A stretch of DNA of 51,592 nt from a virus (Duplodnaviria > Caudoviricetes): positions 1 through 51,592 of IMG/VR virus record IMGVR_UViG_3300043764_000039; one strand, written 5' to 3'. Numbering within the stretch: position 1 is the first letter of the stretch; each line of letters begins with the position of its first letter. Position numbers and translations under genes: made by a program. Under the pieces are notes generated by a model. That model was not told where the DNA came from. It searched no databases and saw nothing but the letters and a program-made list of their open reading frames with translations. Positions 35,898-45,938 of this stretch are shown one piece after another.

Positions 35898-36302
35898 ATG
35901 GGATTCAAGGTCCAGCGCAAGACGTACCTGCTCAAGTTCCAGGGCACCGACCTGGACGGCCTGGAGGTGACGGCCCGCTCTCTGACCACCGGTCAGCAGC
36001 TGGAGTTGGAGGCGGCCCGGATCGCCCGCGCCGCCGGCGGCGCGGACAGCGACGCCGGGACGGAGCGCATGATCCGGCTGTTCTCCGGTGCCCTGCAGTC
36101 GTGGAATGCCGAGGACGAGGACACGGGCGAGCCGATCCCGACCACCTACGAGGGCGTGCTCGGGCAGGACGTTGACTTCGTCCTGGCGATCATCCGCGCC
36201 TGGAACTCGGCAATGAACGGCGTGCCGGCCCCTTTGTCCGAGACCTCCAGCGGTGGCGAGCCGTCGGCCCTGGAGGCGTCGATTCCGATGGAAACCCCCT
36301 AA
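35898..36302 (+). CDS. Tail assembly chaperone (gpG-like)
   Basis: Between tail tube and TMP; WNAED...PIP. Confidence 0.8.
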   Translation: MGFKVQRKTYLLKFQGTDLDGLEVTARSLTTGQQLELEAARIARAAGGADSDAGTERMIRLFSGALQSWNAEDEDTGEPIPTTYEGVLGQDVDFVLAIIRAWNSAMNGVPAPLSETSSGGEPSALEASIPMETP

Positions 36303-36457
36303 TCGAGCCGATCGAGTTGCGGCACGCCCGGTACGTGATCGGACTGTGCGACCGCTGGAAAAAGCTGCCGTCCGAGGTTCTGGCTGAGCCTGCCGAGATG
36401 TGGCGGCTCCTGAAGATCGTCGAGCTTGGTGGAGCTGCTGGAGAGGAGGTGTCGTAA
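36299..36457 (+). CDS. gpT-like -1 frame extension of chaperone
   Basis: Startless frame LIEPIELRHARYVIGLCDRWKKLPSEVLAE...VS ending TAATG on TMP start. Confidence 0.7.
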   Translation, partial: LIEPIELRHARYVIGLCDRWKKLPSEVLAEPAEMWRLLKIVELGGAAGEEVS

Positions 36458-39261
36458 TGCCCAACGTCGTCGAAATCCTGGTGAGCGCAAAAAATCTGAC
36501 CGGACCGGCCTTCGCCGAAGTTAAGGCCTCCGGCGAGGAGATGAACGGCACCTTCTCCAAGCTCTCCTCGATGGCTGGCCTCGCGGCCGGCGCCCTGGTT
36601 GGCTTCGTCGGCGAGTCCGTGAAGATGGCCACCGAGTTCGACGCCAAGATGTCGTTGCTCCAGACCCAGGCAGGTGTCAGCCAGGACAAGATAGCCGGGC
36701 TGAAGTCTGGTGTCCTCCAGCTGGCTGGGGAAGTCGGCCAGAACCCTGACAGCCTCGCCGAGTCGCTGTATCACGTGGAATCGAATTTCGAGTCCATGGG
36801 CATCACCTCGCAGAAGGCACTGGAAATCACCAAGGTCGCCGCCGAGGGCGCAGCGGTCGGCCACGCCAACCTGGTCGACGTCACCAACGCGTTGACGGCG
36901 GCGGTCGCGTCGGGAATTCCCGGCGTTCAGGACATGAGCCAAGCAATGGGCATTCTGAACGCGACCGTTGGCGTCGGTGATATGTCGATGCAGGACCTGG
37001 CGAAAGCGTTCGGCAGCGGCATGGTTGCGACCGTCAAGGGATACGGTCTGAATATCCAGGACGTCGCGGCCGCACTCGCGACGTTCGGCGACAACAACAT
37101 CCGGGGCGCCAATGCCGGCACCCAGCTCCGCATGACCGTGCAGGCGCTGGCCACCCCGGTCGCCAGCGCTGGCGACGCGCTGAAGCGGCTAGGTCTGACC
37201 CAGACCACACTCGCGGATGACATGCAGAAGGGCGGCCTGAAGCTCGCACTGGAGGATCTGCAGGACCGCATGATTCATGCGGGGATCAGTGCGGACCAGC
37301 AGGGCCAAATCATCACGGAAGCGTTCGGCCGCAAGGCTGGCGCCGGCCTGAACGTGCTGCTGTCTCAGATGGATCGCCTTGAAAGCAAGTACCCGGCCCT
37401 GGAAGCTGGCGCCAACGGCTTCGGCGACGCCTGGAAAGCGACCCAGGCGACGTTTTCGCAGCAGATGAAGGAGCTTCAGGGCTCCTTGGACGCGATGATG
37501 ATTTCCCTGGGCGAGAAGCTGCTGCCGGTCCTGTCGAGCTGGACTCAGACGGTGCTGACGCACAAGCAGGCCGTCGTTCAGGTGGCCGAGGCGGTCGGCA
37601 TTCTGGCGGGCGCCCTGACTGGCTTGTACGTGTTCAACAAGATCCTCAACCTGGTCATCAACGTTGGCACTGCATTCAAGGACCTCGGCCTCGCAATGGT
37701 GGCCTACCGGGACCGGATGATCGAGATCCAGGCGCAGTCGGAACTGTCGGGCGGCAGCATTACCAGGTTGGGTGCGGCGTTCGAGGCGTTGGGCACAAAG
37801 GCCAAACTGGCTGTCGGGGCGACCGCTGTCGGGCTTGTCGCCATGGTGCTGATTCAGCTTCAGCAGAGCTCGGAGAAGGCCGCTCCGGACGTCGACAAGA
37901 TGACGACCTCCCTGGGCAACCTCGGCGAGAAGAGCAAGCTCACCGGCGAGTTGACGACGCAGTTCGGCTCCAACCTGGACAAGCTTGGCTATGCGGTCGA
38001 CCGTGTGGCCGGCAAGTCCACGGGCATGGACGCGTTTAACGACACCATGAACAAGATCTTTTCCTTGGGCATGGCGAAGTCCAACTCGCTGACCCAGGCG
38101 AAGAGCCAGATCGACGCCCTGGACCAGGGCCTGGCCAACCTGGTGCAGCAGAATCACGCGGACCTCGCCGCGGCCGCGCTGAAGCGCCTCACAGACCAGC
38201 TGGCAGCGCATGGTGGCGACCCGTCCAAGCTCACCGGTGAGCTGACCAAGTACAGCGCCGCCTTGCAGGGGACAGCCCTGCAGCAGAACCTGGCTGCGGA
38301 CGCCATGGGCCCGCTCGGGCAGCAGGCCATCCAGGCCAGCAACGACCTGCAGCAGGAGGCCAACACAGCGGCTGGCCTGAAGCAAGCGATCATCGACTTG
38401 AACGACACGGCGCGCGGCAGCCTGGACTCGCAGGCCGCGTTCCAGCAGTCCATTGCCGACGCCACGAAGGCGATGCAGGACAACGGACGGGCGCTCAGCT
38501 ACACCGGCGACCAGATGAACCTGACGACGGACGCGTCCCGCGCCGAGGAGAAGGCGCTCACCGATCTCGCCTCGAAGACGGACGCCGCCGCCGAGGCTGC
38601 GCTGAACAACGGCGAGTCCATGGACACCGTCAACCAGATCTACGGCCAGGGCCGGGACAAGCTGATCCAGCTAGCGCAGCAGATGGGCCTGACGAAGGAC
38701 CAAGCCAAGGACCTCGCGGATCAGATCCTCGCGACGCCGGACAAGACAGCCATGCTGCGCGGCAACATGTCCGACCTCCAGGACAAGCTCAACCAGGCGC
38801 AGCAGGAACTGGCCAACGCCCCGTCCAGCAAGCAGGTTGATCTTCGCGCGGAGATCTCGGGCCTGGAGTCCGACATCCAGTCCGCACAGGACGCGATCGA
38901 CAGCCTGACCGGCAAGACAGTCACTGTCACCACCCAGCTCGTGACGATCAACGGCGACCAGTACGCGCACGGCATGGCGCACGGCGGGATCGTCGGCGCG
39001 GCCGGCGGCGGCCCGCGCAGCGGCTTGACCTGGGTGGGCGAGCAGGGCCCGGAGCTGGTGCGGCTGCCGTACGGCTCCACGGTCTACCCAGCCGGCCAGA
39101 GCGCCAACATGGCCGCGGCCGCGGCGCATGGGGGGCCTGCACAGGTGCAGTTGGAGATCAACTCGGGCGGGGCCCGGCTGGATGACCTGCTGCTGGAGAT
39201 CCTCCGCAAGGCCGTTCGCATCCGCGGCGGCAACGTCCAAACCGTCCTCGGGCAGGGATAG
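36457..39261 (+). CDS. Tape measure protein
   Basis: 934 aa, Ala-rich helical, SD GAGGAGG, WVGEQGPEL C-terminal motif. Confidence 0.93.
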   Translation: MPNVVEILVSAKNLTGPAFAEVKASGEEMNGTFSKLSSMAGLAAGALVGFVGESVKMATEFDAKMSLLQTQAGVSQDKIAGLKSGVLQLAGEVGQNPDSLAESLYHVESNFESMGITSQKALEITKVAAEGAAVGHANLVDVTNALTAAVASGIPGVQDMSQAMGILNATVGVGDMSMQDLAKAFGSGMVATVKGYGLNIQDVAAALATFGDNNIRGANAGTQLRMTVQALATPVASAGDALKRLGLTQTTLADDMQKGGLKLALEDLQDRMIHAGISADQQGQIITEAFGRKAGAGLNVLLSQMDRLESKYPALEAGANGFGDAWKATQATFSQQMKELQGSLDAMMISLGEKLLPVLSSWTQTVLTHKQAVVQVAEAVGILAGALTGLYVFNKILNLVINVGTAFKDLGLAMVAYRDRMIEIQAQSELSGGSITRLGAAFEALGTKAKLAVGATAVGLVAMVLIQLQQSSEKAAPDVDKMTTSLGNLGEKSKLTGELTTQFGSNLDKLGYAVDRVAGKSTGMDAFNDTMNKIFSLGMAKSNSLTQAKSQIDALDQGLANLVQQNHADLAAAALKRLTDQLAAHGGDPSKLTGELTKYSAALQGTALQQNLAADAMGPLGQQAIQASNDLQQEANTAAGLKQAIIDLNDTARGSLDSQAAFQQSIADATKAMQDNGRALSYTGDQMNLTTDASRAEEKALTDLASKTDAAAEAALNNGESMDTVNQIYGQGRDKLIQLAQQMGLTKDQAKDLADQILATPDKTAMLRGNMSDLQDKLNQAQQELANAPSSKQVDLRAEISGLESDIQSAQDAIDSLTGKTVTVTTQLVTINGDQYAHGMAHGGIVGAAGGGPRSGLTWVGEQGPELVRLPYGSTVYPAGQSANMAAAAAHGGPAQVQLEINSGGARLDDLLLEILRKAVRIRGGNVQTVLGQG

Positions 39262-39768
39262 ATGCACCGGTTCAAGGCATATAACGCGGCGATGCCGACC
39301 ACGGCGGCCATCGCGAAGGTCAGCACCGGCACGACGATCAAGACGATGCTGCAGATCGCCACACCGTCGACGCGGCAGTGCCAGCTGATCAGCTGGGGGT
39401 ACTCACTGGACGCGGTGCCTGGGTCGACGGGCGGGATCGTCGAGCTGATCCAGACGGACGTGGCGGCCACGGTGACCGCACACGTCTCAAGTGGCGTACA
39501 GCCCTTGGACCCCAACGCGCCCGCCAGTCTGATGACCCTGGGCACGACCGCGACGGGCTACACGGCCAGCGCCGAGGGCACGCCGACGGCGGTCCGAACG
39601 TTCGACACGAACCAAGTTCCGCCCACGGCCGGCGCGGTGAACTGCAACTACGAGTACCAGTTCATGCCGGACGAGCGGCCGATCCTCGCCGTCTCCAAGT
39701 TTCTCAGGGTCCGGGCAACGTTCTCGGCCACGGTCAACATGCTCTGCTGGGTCTGCTGGGACGAGTGA
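39262..39768 (+). CDS. Minor tail protein
   Basis: Abuts TMP stop. Confidence 0.7.
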   Translation: MHRFKAYNAAMPTTAAIAKVSTGTTIKTMLQIATPSTRQCQLISWGYSLDAVPGSTGGIVELIQTDVAATVTAHVSSGVQPLDPNAPASLMTLGTTATGYTASAEGTPTAVRTFDTNQVPPTAGAVNCNYEYQFMPDERPILAVSKFLRVRATFSATVNMLCWVCWDE

Positions 39769-39771
39769 GTC

Positions 39772-42000
39772 ATGGGTAGCGTCGCGGCACAGGTGATGGC
39801 GTGGCAGCGCCGTGCCCGCAACCTGGCCGGCCCGCTCACCAAGACGACCGCGCCGACCGGCGACAGCCCAAGCGGCGCGGTCCTCCAGGTCGAGCTGCTC
39901 GTCGACGGGCTGTGGACGGACATCACGTCCCGCGTCATGACGCGGTCCGGCAACGGTACTGTGGCGATCACGCGTGGGGAGCCGAACGAGGGTGCGGCGA
40001 CTCAGCCAGCCAGCTGCCAGCTGGAGTTGCAGAACAGGGACGGCCTGTTCAGCACCAGGAATCCGGCCAGCCCGTACTTCGGCAAGCTGGCCCGCAACCA
40101 GCCGCTGAGGGTCAGCGTGCCGTCCGGCAACGCCAAGAGCTACAGGTTCTGGGGCGAGGTCGCGGCGTGGCCGCAAAGCTGGGACCCGACCGGCACGGAC
40201 GTCGGCATCGCAATCGAGGCGGCTGGCATCCTGCGTCGCCTCGGGCAGGGCACGGCGAACACCGGCTCGACGCTGTACACCGCGATCACGTCAGGTGCGC
40301 TATCGAACCCGCTGATCGCGTACTGGCCCTGTGAGGACGCCACCAACGCCACGTCGCTCGCAGCCGGGATCCCGGGCGTGCTGCCGATGAGGATCAACGG
40401 CACCATCACCCTGGCCAGCAACAGCTCGTTCGTCTGTTCGCTACCGCTGCCCAACCTCGGCACCCAGGGCAACGTGACCGGGTTCGTGCCCGCCTACACG
40501 CCGCAGATGAGCACGATGGTTCGCTTCCTGGTGGCGATCCCGTCGTCGGGGGCGACGGATGGCCAGGTCCTTTGCTCCATCTACGCCACCGGTTCGATCC
40601 CGCGATGGGACCTCTATTACAGCGCGGCCGCCGGCGGCCTGGTCGGCCTGCGCGGGCGCAACAGCTCCGGCACAACCGTGTTCGACACAGGCACCGGCGG
40701 GTTCAGCCTGAATGGGCAACTGGCGCAGCTATCGGCTGAGCTGGTTCAGACCGGCCCGGACATCCAGGTTACGTTGTACACGATGCTCGTCGGGTCGAAT
40801 ACGGCTGGTGGGCCGTTCGGGACGGCGTCGTCGCAGACCGTGGGCGCCGTCACGTCGCTGCTGGTCGGCGGAGCACTCTCGAATACTGCGATCGGGCACA
40901 TCCGTGTGCAGATCGCGTCGGCGCAGCCGACGGATCAGTTCGACCTCCAACAGCAGCTGATCGCGTATGCCGGCGAATCGGCGGCAGCGCGAGTCGCGCG
41001 GCTCTGCGCCACGATCGGCGTGGCCTACGAGCAGATCGGCAACACGACGGACGGCGTCGCCATGGGAACGCAGCTCCCGGCGACGCCTCTCAGTCTGATC
41101 GACGACTGCCAGGTCGCTGATGACGGGATCCTGTACGAGAGCACCTCGATGCTCGGGCTCGGCTACCGCACGCGCGTCAGCATGGAGAACCAGGCGCCCG
41201 CGCTCACGCTGGACTACCGCCAGTTCGAGCTGGCGGCCGTGCCCAGCCCGGTGGATGACGACCGGTACGCCAGAAACGACATCACCGTGAAGCGGAGCGG
41301 CGGCAGCTCGGCGCGCGCCGTCCAAGCCACGGGCCCCCTGTCCATACTCCCGCCGCCCGCGGGCGTGGGCCTGTACCCGGACTCGGTCACCGTCAACATC
41401 GTGGACGACAGCACGCTCACATCACAGGCCGGCTGGCGCCTGCACCTCGGCACCGTGGACGAGGCCCGGTATCCGCAAATCGCAGTCAACCTCGCGCATC
41501 AGGCGTTCGTGTCGAACCCGGCGCTGCGCCAGCAGGTTCTCGCCGTGCGGCCGGGCGACCGGATCACGATCGCCAACCCGCCCGCTTGGCTCCCGCCTGA
41601 CCAGATCAGCCAGATCGTGATCGGCTTCTCGGAGCAGCTCGACCGGTTCCAGCACCGCATCACGTTCAACACGATTCCCGAATCGCCGTATCACACAGCG
41701 CTGCTCGAGGATCCGGTGCTCTCGCGGCTCGACACTGGCGGCAGCCAGCTTGCTTCCAGCGCCCTGGCGACTGACACCACGCTGCTCGTCGCGACGACGT
41801 ACGGCCCGCTGTGGACGACGAGCGCCGCCGACTGGCCCTTCGACATCCGCATCTCCGGCGAGCAGATCACGGTGACGGCCGTCAGCGGCTCCAGCAGCCC
41901 GCAGACGCTCACCGTCACGCGGGGCGTCAACGGCGTCACCAAGCCTCTGCCGATCGGCGCTGACGTGCGCCTCAACCAGCCCATGACCCTGGCCCTGTGA
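39772..42000 (+). CDS. Tail tip/hub protein with lectin-like insert
   Basis: WTDIT...LQNRDG, AYWPCED, NDITVKR, VTRGVNG. Confidence 0.8.
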   Translation: MGSVAAQVMAWQRRARNLAGPLTKTTAPTGDSPSGAVLQVELLVDGLWTDITSRVMTRSGNGTVAITRGEPNEGAATQPASCQLELQNRDGLFSTRNPASPYFGKLARNQPLRVSVPSGNAKSYRFWGEVAAWPQSWDPTGTDVGIAIEAAGILRRLGQGTANTGSTLYTAITSGALSNPLIAYWPCEDATNATSLAAGIPGVLPMRINGTITLASNSSFVCSLPLPNLGTQGNVTGFVPAYTPQMSTMVRFLVAIPSSGATDGQVLCSIYATGSIPRWDLYYSAAAGGLVGLRGRNSSGTTVFDTGTGGFSLNGQLAQLSAELVQTGPDIQVTLYTMLVGSNTAGGPFGTASSQTVGAVTSLLVGGALSNTAIGHIRVQIASAQPTDQFDLQQQLIAYAGESAAARVARLCATIGVAYEQIGNTTDGVAMGTQLPATPLSLIDDCQVADDGILYESTSMLGLGYRTRVSMENQAPALTLDYRQFELAAVPSPVDDDRYARNDITVKRSGGSSARAVQATGPLSILPPPAGVGLYPDSVTVNIVDDSTLTSQAGWRLHLGTVDEARYPQIAVNLAHQAFVSNPALRQQVLAVRPGDRITIANPPAWLPPDQISQIVIGFSEQLDRFQHRITFNTIPESPYHTALLEDPVLSRLDTGGSQLASSALATDTTLLVATTYGPLWTTSAADWPFDIRISGEQITVTAVSGSSSPQTLTVTRGVNGVTKPLPIGADVRLNQPMTLAL

Positions 42001-42010
42001 GGAGAAACCC

Positions 42011-42544
42011 TTGGCCCGCATAGTTCCCACGCCGCCGATCCGGGCAGCCGGATCGCGCGTCACCGCGGCCACCTACGAGGCCGACATCACCGACCCGGTA
42101 ACCTTCATCGCCAACCTGCCGCAGTTCTACGGCTATCAGACGGTTGCACAGTCCATCGCGTCCGGGCCCTACACGGCGGTGACGCTCGATACGGGCGTCT
42201 TCGACCCGGACGGGTGCCATTCCAACGTCACGAACAGCACCAGGTTCACACCGAAATTTCCCGGCCTGTACCTGGTGATCGGCATAGCCACGGTGGCGGC
42301 CAACGCCTCGGGCGTCCGGGGTCTCCGTCTCGCGCTGAACGGGACTACGCAGATTGCGTCGTCGCAGCAGACGCCCCCCACGAACGCCTCGTTCTGGGGT
42401 CAGCTCACCCTCGCGGCGATCCGCATGAACGGTGTCACGGACTACGTCGAGGTGCAGGTCGCCCAGACGTCCGGCGGTGCCCTGAACACGTACGTCGGCT
42501 CGGATGGTGGGTGCGCGATGCTCTGCTACTGGATTTCCTCGTGA
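42011..42544 (+). CDS. Putative receptor-binding/minor tail protein
   Basis: SD GAGGAG; TRFTP..PGLY, DYVEV beta-sandwich. Confidence 0.7.
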   Translation: MARIVPTPPIRAAGSRVTAATYEADITDPVTFIANLPQFYGYQTVAQSIASGPYTAVTLDTGVFDPDGCHSNVTNSTRFTPKFPGLYLVIGIATVAANASGVRGLRLALNGTTQIASSQQTPPTNASFWGQLTLAAIRMNGVTDYVEVQVAQTSGGALNTYVGSDGGCAMLCYWISS

Positions 42545-42828
42545 TGACGCCCGCCTGTGGGGCATGTGGTGTGCCGCCGATGGTGCAGTGGCGGCGCCGG
42601 TCTGCGGCAGATCCGACACACACAGACGCCGTGTACGCGTGTGCAAACCATGCGATCAGCCTGGACCTGGCCGCGCACGTCCACCAGCCCGCGTGCATGG
42701 CCCCGGACCCGGCGAGCGTGCCGGGTTGTGACTGCACGCCGGAGCCTCTGCCGCTCCAGGACCTACTGCCGGGTGATCCAACAGTCACCCTCCCGACGGG
42801 CTGGGTTGTCCCTGCCCCTACCTCCTGA
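42544..42828 (+). CDS. Cys/His-rich small protein
   Basis: CGAC...YACANH...CDCTPE. Confidence 0.65.
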   Translation: MTPACGACGVPPMVQWRRRSAADPTHTDAVYACANHAISLDLAAHVHQPACMAPDPASVPGCDCTPEPLPLQDLLPGDPTVTLPTGWVVPAPTS

Positions 42829-42837
42829 GAGGTCTCC

Positions 42838-43680
42838 ATGGAGTACACCCCGATCCTCGGCCGGCTCGTCGAACACGACCCGCGGTCCCTTGCGTACGCG
42901 CACGGCGTGCTGCCCAACTCGGCGATTCAGTCGGTCGACTGGCAGCGCCGGATACCGATCCTGGACCAGGGCCAGCTCGGCTCATGCACCGGCAACGCTG
43001 CGACCGGCTGCCTGGGCACGGACTCGGCAGGCCGCACCGCGGCGACGAGCGTCACCATCTCGGCGGCCGGCGCGGCAGCGTCGAACGGCCTGTTCGCCCC
43101 GGGCACCGTGGCCCTGGACGAGGTGTTCGCGGTGCAGCTGTACAGCCTCGCCACCACGCTGGACAGCATCCCGGGGTCCTATCCGCCGGACGACACCGGC
43201 AGCAGCGGTCTCGGCGTGGCGAAGGCGCTCCAGGCGCTGGGCTTGGCGACCGGCTACACGCACGGGTTCAGCATGGCCGCGCTCGACTCGGCGCTCCAGT
43301 CCGGCCCGGTGCTAATTGGCATCCCGTGGCTCCAGAGCATGTTCACTCCGGACGCGGACGGCCGGGTCCAGGTCGACCAGACCAGCCCGGTCGCTGGTGG
43401 CCACGAGCTGGAGCTGTGCAAGTACGACGCTGCCACCGGCGAGTACTGGGTGGCCAACTCCTGGGGCACCTCGTGGGGCGCCAACGGCTACGGCTACTTC
43501 GCCGCGGCGGACCTGCAGTGGCTGCTGTCGCAGCAGGGTGACGTGACGGTGCCCGCGTGGGCAGCGGCCCCGGCGCCTGTCCCGGTGCCCCCGCAGCCGA
43601 CCCCGGCGCCGACGCCCGATCTGGCGGACGTCACGCTCGCGGCCGCGGCCCGGGCCTGGCTGACCGAGAAGGGGCTCTGA
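42838..43680 (+). CDS. Papain-like (C1) cysteine peptidase
   Basis: [23 protein letters not shown]. Confidence 0.88.
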   Translation: MEYTPILGRLVEHDPRSLAYAHGVLPNSAIQSVDWQRRIPILDQGQLGSCTGNAATGCLGTDSAGRTAATSVTISAAGAAASNGLFAPGTVALDEVFAVQLYSLATTLDSIPGSYPPDDTGSSGLGVAKALQALGLATGYTHGFSMAALDSALQSGPVLIGIPWLQSMFTPDADGRVQVDQTSPVAGGHELELCKYDAATGEYWVANSWGTSWGANGYGYFAAADLQWLLSQQGDVTVPAWAAAPAPVPVPPQPTPAPTPDLADVTLAAAARAWLTEKGL

Positions 43681-44108
43681 TGGCCGTACCCGACCTGGCG
43701 TCGACCGACGCCCAGCCGCCCCACCAGCACCCGGCGAACGTGGCCCGACACGACGACCTGTCGTGGCAGGACCGCATCCCCGACCAGCTCACCGCCGTCA
43801 TCGGGACGATGAAGTTCATCTACTGGTCGACGGTCGTGATCGGCCTGTGGATCGCACTCAACTCCCTCGGCATGTTCGTGTGGCGCTGGGACCCGTACCC
43901 GTTCGTCTTCCTGAACTTGGGGTTCAGCGCGTTCGCGTATTACAGCGCGCCGCTGATCCTCATGAGCCAGAACCGGCAGACCGAACACGACCGGGTCCGG
44001 GCCGAGCACGACTTCGAGGTCAACGAGGAGTCCCTGGCCTGGGGTCGGGCGATCGGCGCGCGCCTGGGCGTCGAAGTTTCCGTCTCGCACGAAGGCGAGG
44101 GTTGCTGA
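43680..44108 (+). CDS. DUF1003-like membrane protein
   Basis: DPYPFVFLNL...APLILMSQNRQ. Confidence 0.85.
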   Translation: MAVPDLASTDAQPPHQHPANVARHDDLSWQDRIPDQLTAVIGTMKFIYWSTVVIGLWIALNSLGMFVWRWDPYPFVFLNLGFSAFAYYSAPLILMSQNRQTEHDRVRAEHDFEVNEESLAWGRAIGARLGVEVSVSHEGEGC

Positions 44109-44647
44109 TGACCCGCACGATGTACGACGGCATCACCGCCGCCGACCTGCCCGCGGACGCGACGATGGTCGCCGGGTACGTGGACGGCCTGTACGCCAAC
44201 ATGCCTGCCCTGGCCGCCCGGTTCCCGAGCGCCAGCCGGATCGGGATCGCCGTCTTCGCGCACACCGACGACGGCATCGTGCTGGACGTCGAGACCGGCG
44301 ACGCTACCCCGGCGCAGGCACCCGGCTGGGTGGTGATGCGCCGCTCGCATGGCCTGGACCCGACCGTGTACTGCAACACCGACACGTGGCCGGCGGTCCG
44401 GCAGGCGTTCGCTGCGGCCGGCGTGCCGGAGCCTCACTACTGGATCGCCCAGTACGACGGGGTGGCCACCATCCCGGCTGGCGCGGTCGCCAAGCAGTAC
44501 GAGTCCGCGGGTCCGTGGGACGTGTCCGTTGTGGCCGACTACTGGCCGGGCGTCGATCCGCTCCCCCCTCCGCCGCCTCCCCCTGCCCCCGCACCAGTAC
44601 CCCCGCCGGTGGCCGATCGGCGCCGGCTCGACGAAGAAGTGAGGTAG
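44108..44647 (+). CDS. Endolysin catalytic domain, GH25-like
   Basis: LDVETGDA, PTVYC, YWIAQY, AKQY, DVS; Pro-rich tail. Confidence 0.75.
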   Translation: MTRTMYDGITAADLPADATMVAGYVDGLYANMPALAARFPSASRIGIAVFAHTDDGIVLDVETGDATPAQAPGWVVMRRSHGLDPTVYCNTDTWPAVRQAFAAAGVPEPHYWIAQYDGVATIPAGAVAKQYESAGPWDVSVVADYWPGVDPLPPPPPPPAPAPVPPPVADRRRLDEEVR

Positions 44648-44649
44648 CC

Positions 44650-45000
44650 ATGGCTCTGGCGATAGGCGAGATCAAGCCCGGGTTTCTGGCGGACGACACT
44701 GCCCACGGCACCCTGATCCCGATCCCACCGCCCGACGGCGGGGCGGCCGGCTGGGGCCAGGTGTGGCTCAGCTTCGGCGCCGACTTCGGGGACGTGACCC
44801 TCAGGGTGGCGATCTACAACAGCGGCACGAAGGCGTGGCGCATCACGGAGCAGCTGCCGGTGCCCGCACTCGGCGACCGGGTGCCGGTCAGCCTCGTGGC
44901 CGGCGACCAGAAGGTTTCCGTCGGGCGCGTCCGGAACGGCGCCGCCGACACCGGCGCGTGGCCCTGCAGCTACATGGTCGAGGCGCTCCTCCACTCCTGA
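44650..45000 (+). CDS. Hypothetical beta-rich protein (possible separate cell-wall-binding subunit)
   Basis: SD GAGG; directly after endolysin. Confidence 0.65.
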   Translation: MALAIGEIKPGFLADDTAHGTLIPIPPPDGGAAGWGQVWLSFGADFGDVTLRVAIYNSGTKAWRITEQLPVPALGDRVPVSLVAGDQKVSVGRVRNGAADTGAWPCSYMVEALLHS

Positions 45001-45027
45001 CGTCACCTCATAGAACGGAGAACGATC

Positions 45028-45333
45028 ATGTCTGACGCAATCCGCCGTACCGTCCGCACCGCCCTGCAGGTGGTCCTCGGCCTCGCCGCCGGCCTGCCTG
45101 CACTGGTGCACACCACGGGGCTGCCGAGCACGCTGCCGGGCCTCGGCGTGGTGCTGGCGGTGGCGGCTGCGGTGACGCGGCTGATGTCGCTGCCGCTGGT
45201 GGAGCAGCTACTGCCGTCGTGGCTGCGCACCCCGGTGCCGGTGTCGGCCGCGCCCGCTCCGCTCACGGTCGTTCCGCCGACCGTCGCCCCGCTGGCCGAG
45301 GCCGCCCCGGCGCCCCCGGTGACCGGCGCGTGA
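45028..45333 (+). CDS. Holin-like protein
   Basis: RRTVRTALQ, two TM, VTRLM...LPSWL. Confidence 0.75.
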   Translation: MSDAIRRTVRTALQVVLGLAAGLPALVHTTGLPSTLPGLGVVLAVAAAVTRLMSLPLVEQLLPSWLRTPVPVSAAPAPLTVVPPTVAPLAEAAPAPPVTGA

Positions 45334-45671
45334 ACAATGGCACGGGGGTGGCCGGCATCGACCAGGCGGTGGTCTGGTCCGTGACTGTAGCCGCGCTGGC
45401 AGGGGGGATGGGTGTGATGTGGCGCGCGACCCGGAGCCTCCGCAGGCTCCTTGGCCGTCTGGACGAGTTCGCCGACGACTGGCAGGGCGTCAGCTCGCGG
45501 CCCGGCGTGCCGGGGCATGAGGGGGTGATGGCCCGGTTGGGTTCGATCGAGGCCCGGTTGACGGCGGTGGAGCATGAGTTGCGGCCGAACAGCGGTGGCA
45601 GCATGCGCGACGCCATCGATCGCGTCGACGCCCGCCTCAGCGCCGCGCCCGGGCCGTCGGCCCGGCCCTGA
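45330..45671 (+). CDS. Lysis-cassette membrane protein
   Basis: TM, DWQG...RPGV, PNSGGSMRD. Confidence 0.75.
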   Translation: MNNGTGVAGIDQAVVWSVTVAALAGGMGVMWRATRSLRRLLGRLDEFADDWQGVSSRPGVPGHEGVMARLGSIEARLTAVEHELRPNSGGSMRDAIDRVDARLSAAPGPSARP

Positions 45672-45684
45672 GGAGAAACGATTC

Positions 45685-45721
45685 GCCCCCGCCCTGGCCT
45701 TTTCGTGGCCGGGTCGGGGGC
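45685..45721. terminator. Stem-loop between convergent genes
   Basis: GCCCCCGCCCTGGCC/GGCCGGGTCGGGGGC. Confidence 0.65.
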
Positions 45722-45728
45722 GGCTTCG

Positions 45729-45887
45729 TCATGTCTCGTCGCGGTGCTGGGGGCAGTCGCAGTCGGGCCAGCGCATCCTGATGGCCGTGTCGAGGGGTGG
45801 CTGGCCCTCGCACTGCACGGTGCGCGCTTCGGAGCGTTGGCCGGTCTCGGGGTTGACCGTGTAGATGCGGATGGTGATGGCGGACAT
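45729..45887 (-). CDS. 52-aa protein ending WPDCDCPQHR
   Basis: MSAITIRIYTVNPETGQRS...; SD GGAG; paralogue of 48105-48299; absent from ORF track. Confidence 0.7.
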   Translation of the reverse strand: MSAITIRIYTVNPETGQRSEARTVQCEGQPPLDTAIRMRWPDCDCPQHRDET

Positions 45888-45938
45888 GACTCTCTCCGGG
45901 TGATACGTATGCGAATATCAACCGGTTGCAGAGCCCAT

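Noticed and set aside
36457-42828. Slightly more A/T at third positions in the tail module suggesting a different donor
   Set aside because: Impression by eye only; needs a GC3 sliding-window calculation, and mosaicism is ordinary in phages.
39772-45000. Diversity-generating retroelement or invertible tail-fibre cassette
   Set aside because: No reverse transcriptase, no TR/VR pair and no invertase recognised.
45901-45920. Additional SOS box upstream of 45887
   Set aside because: Too many mismatches to TCGAAC-N4-GTTCGA.
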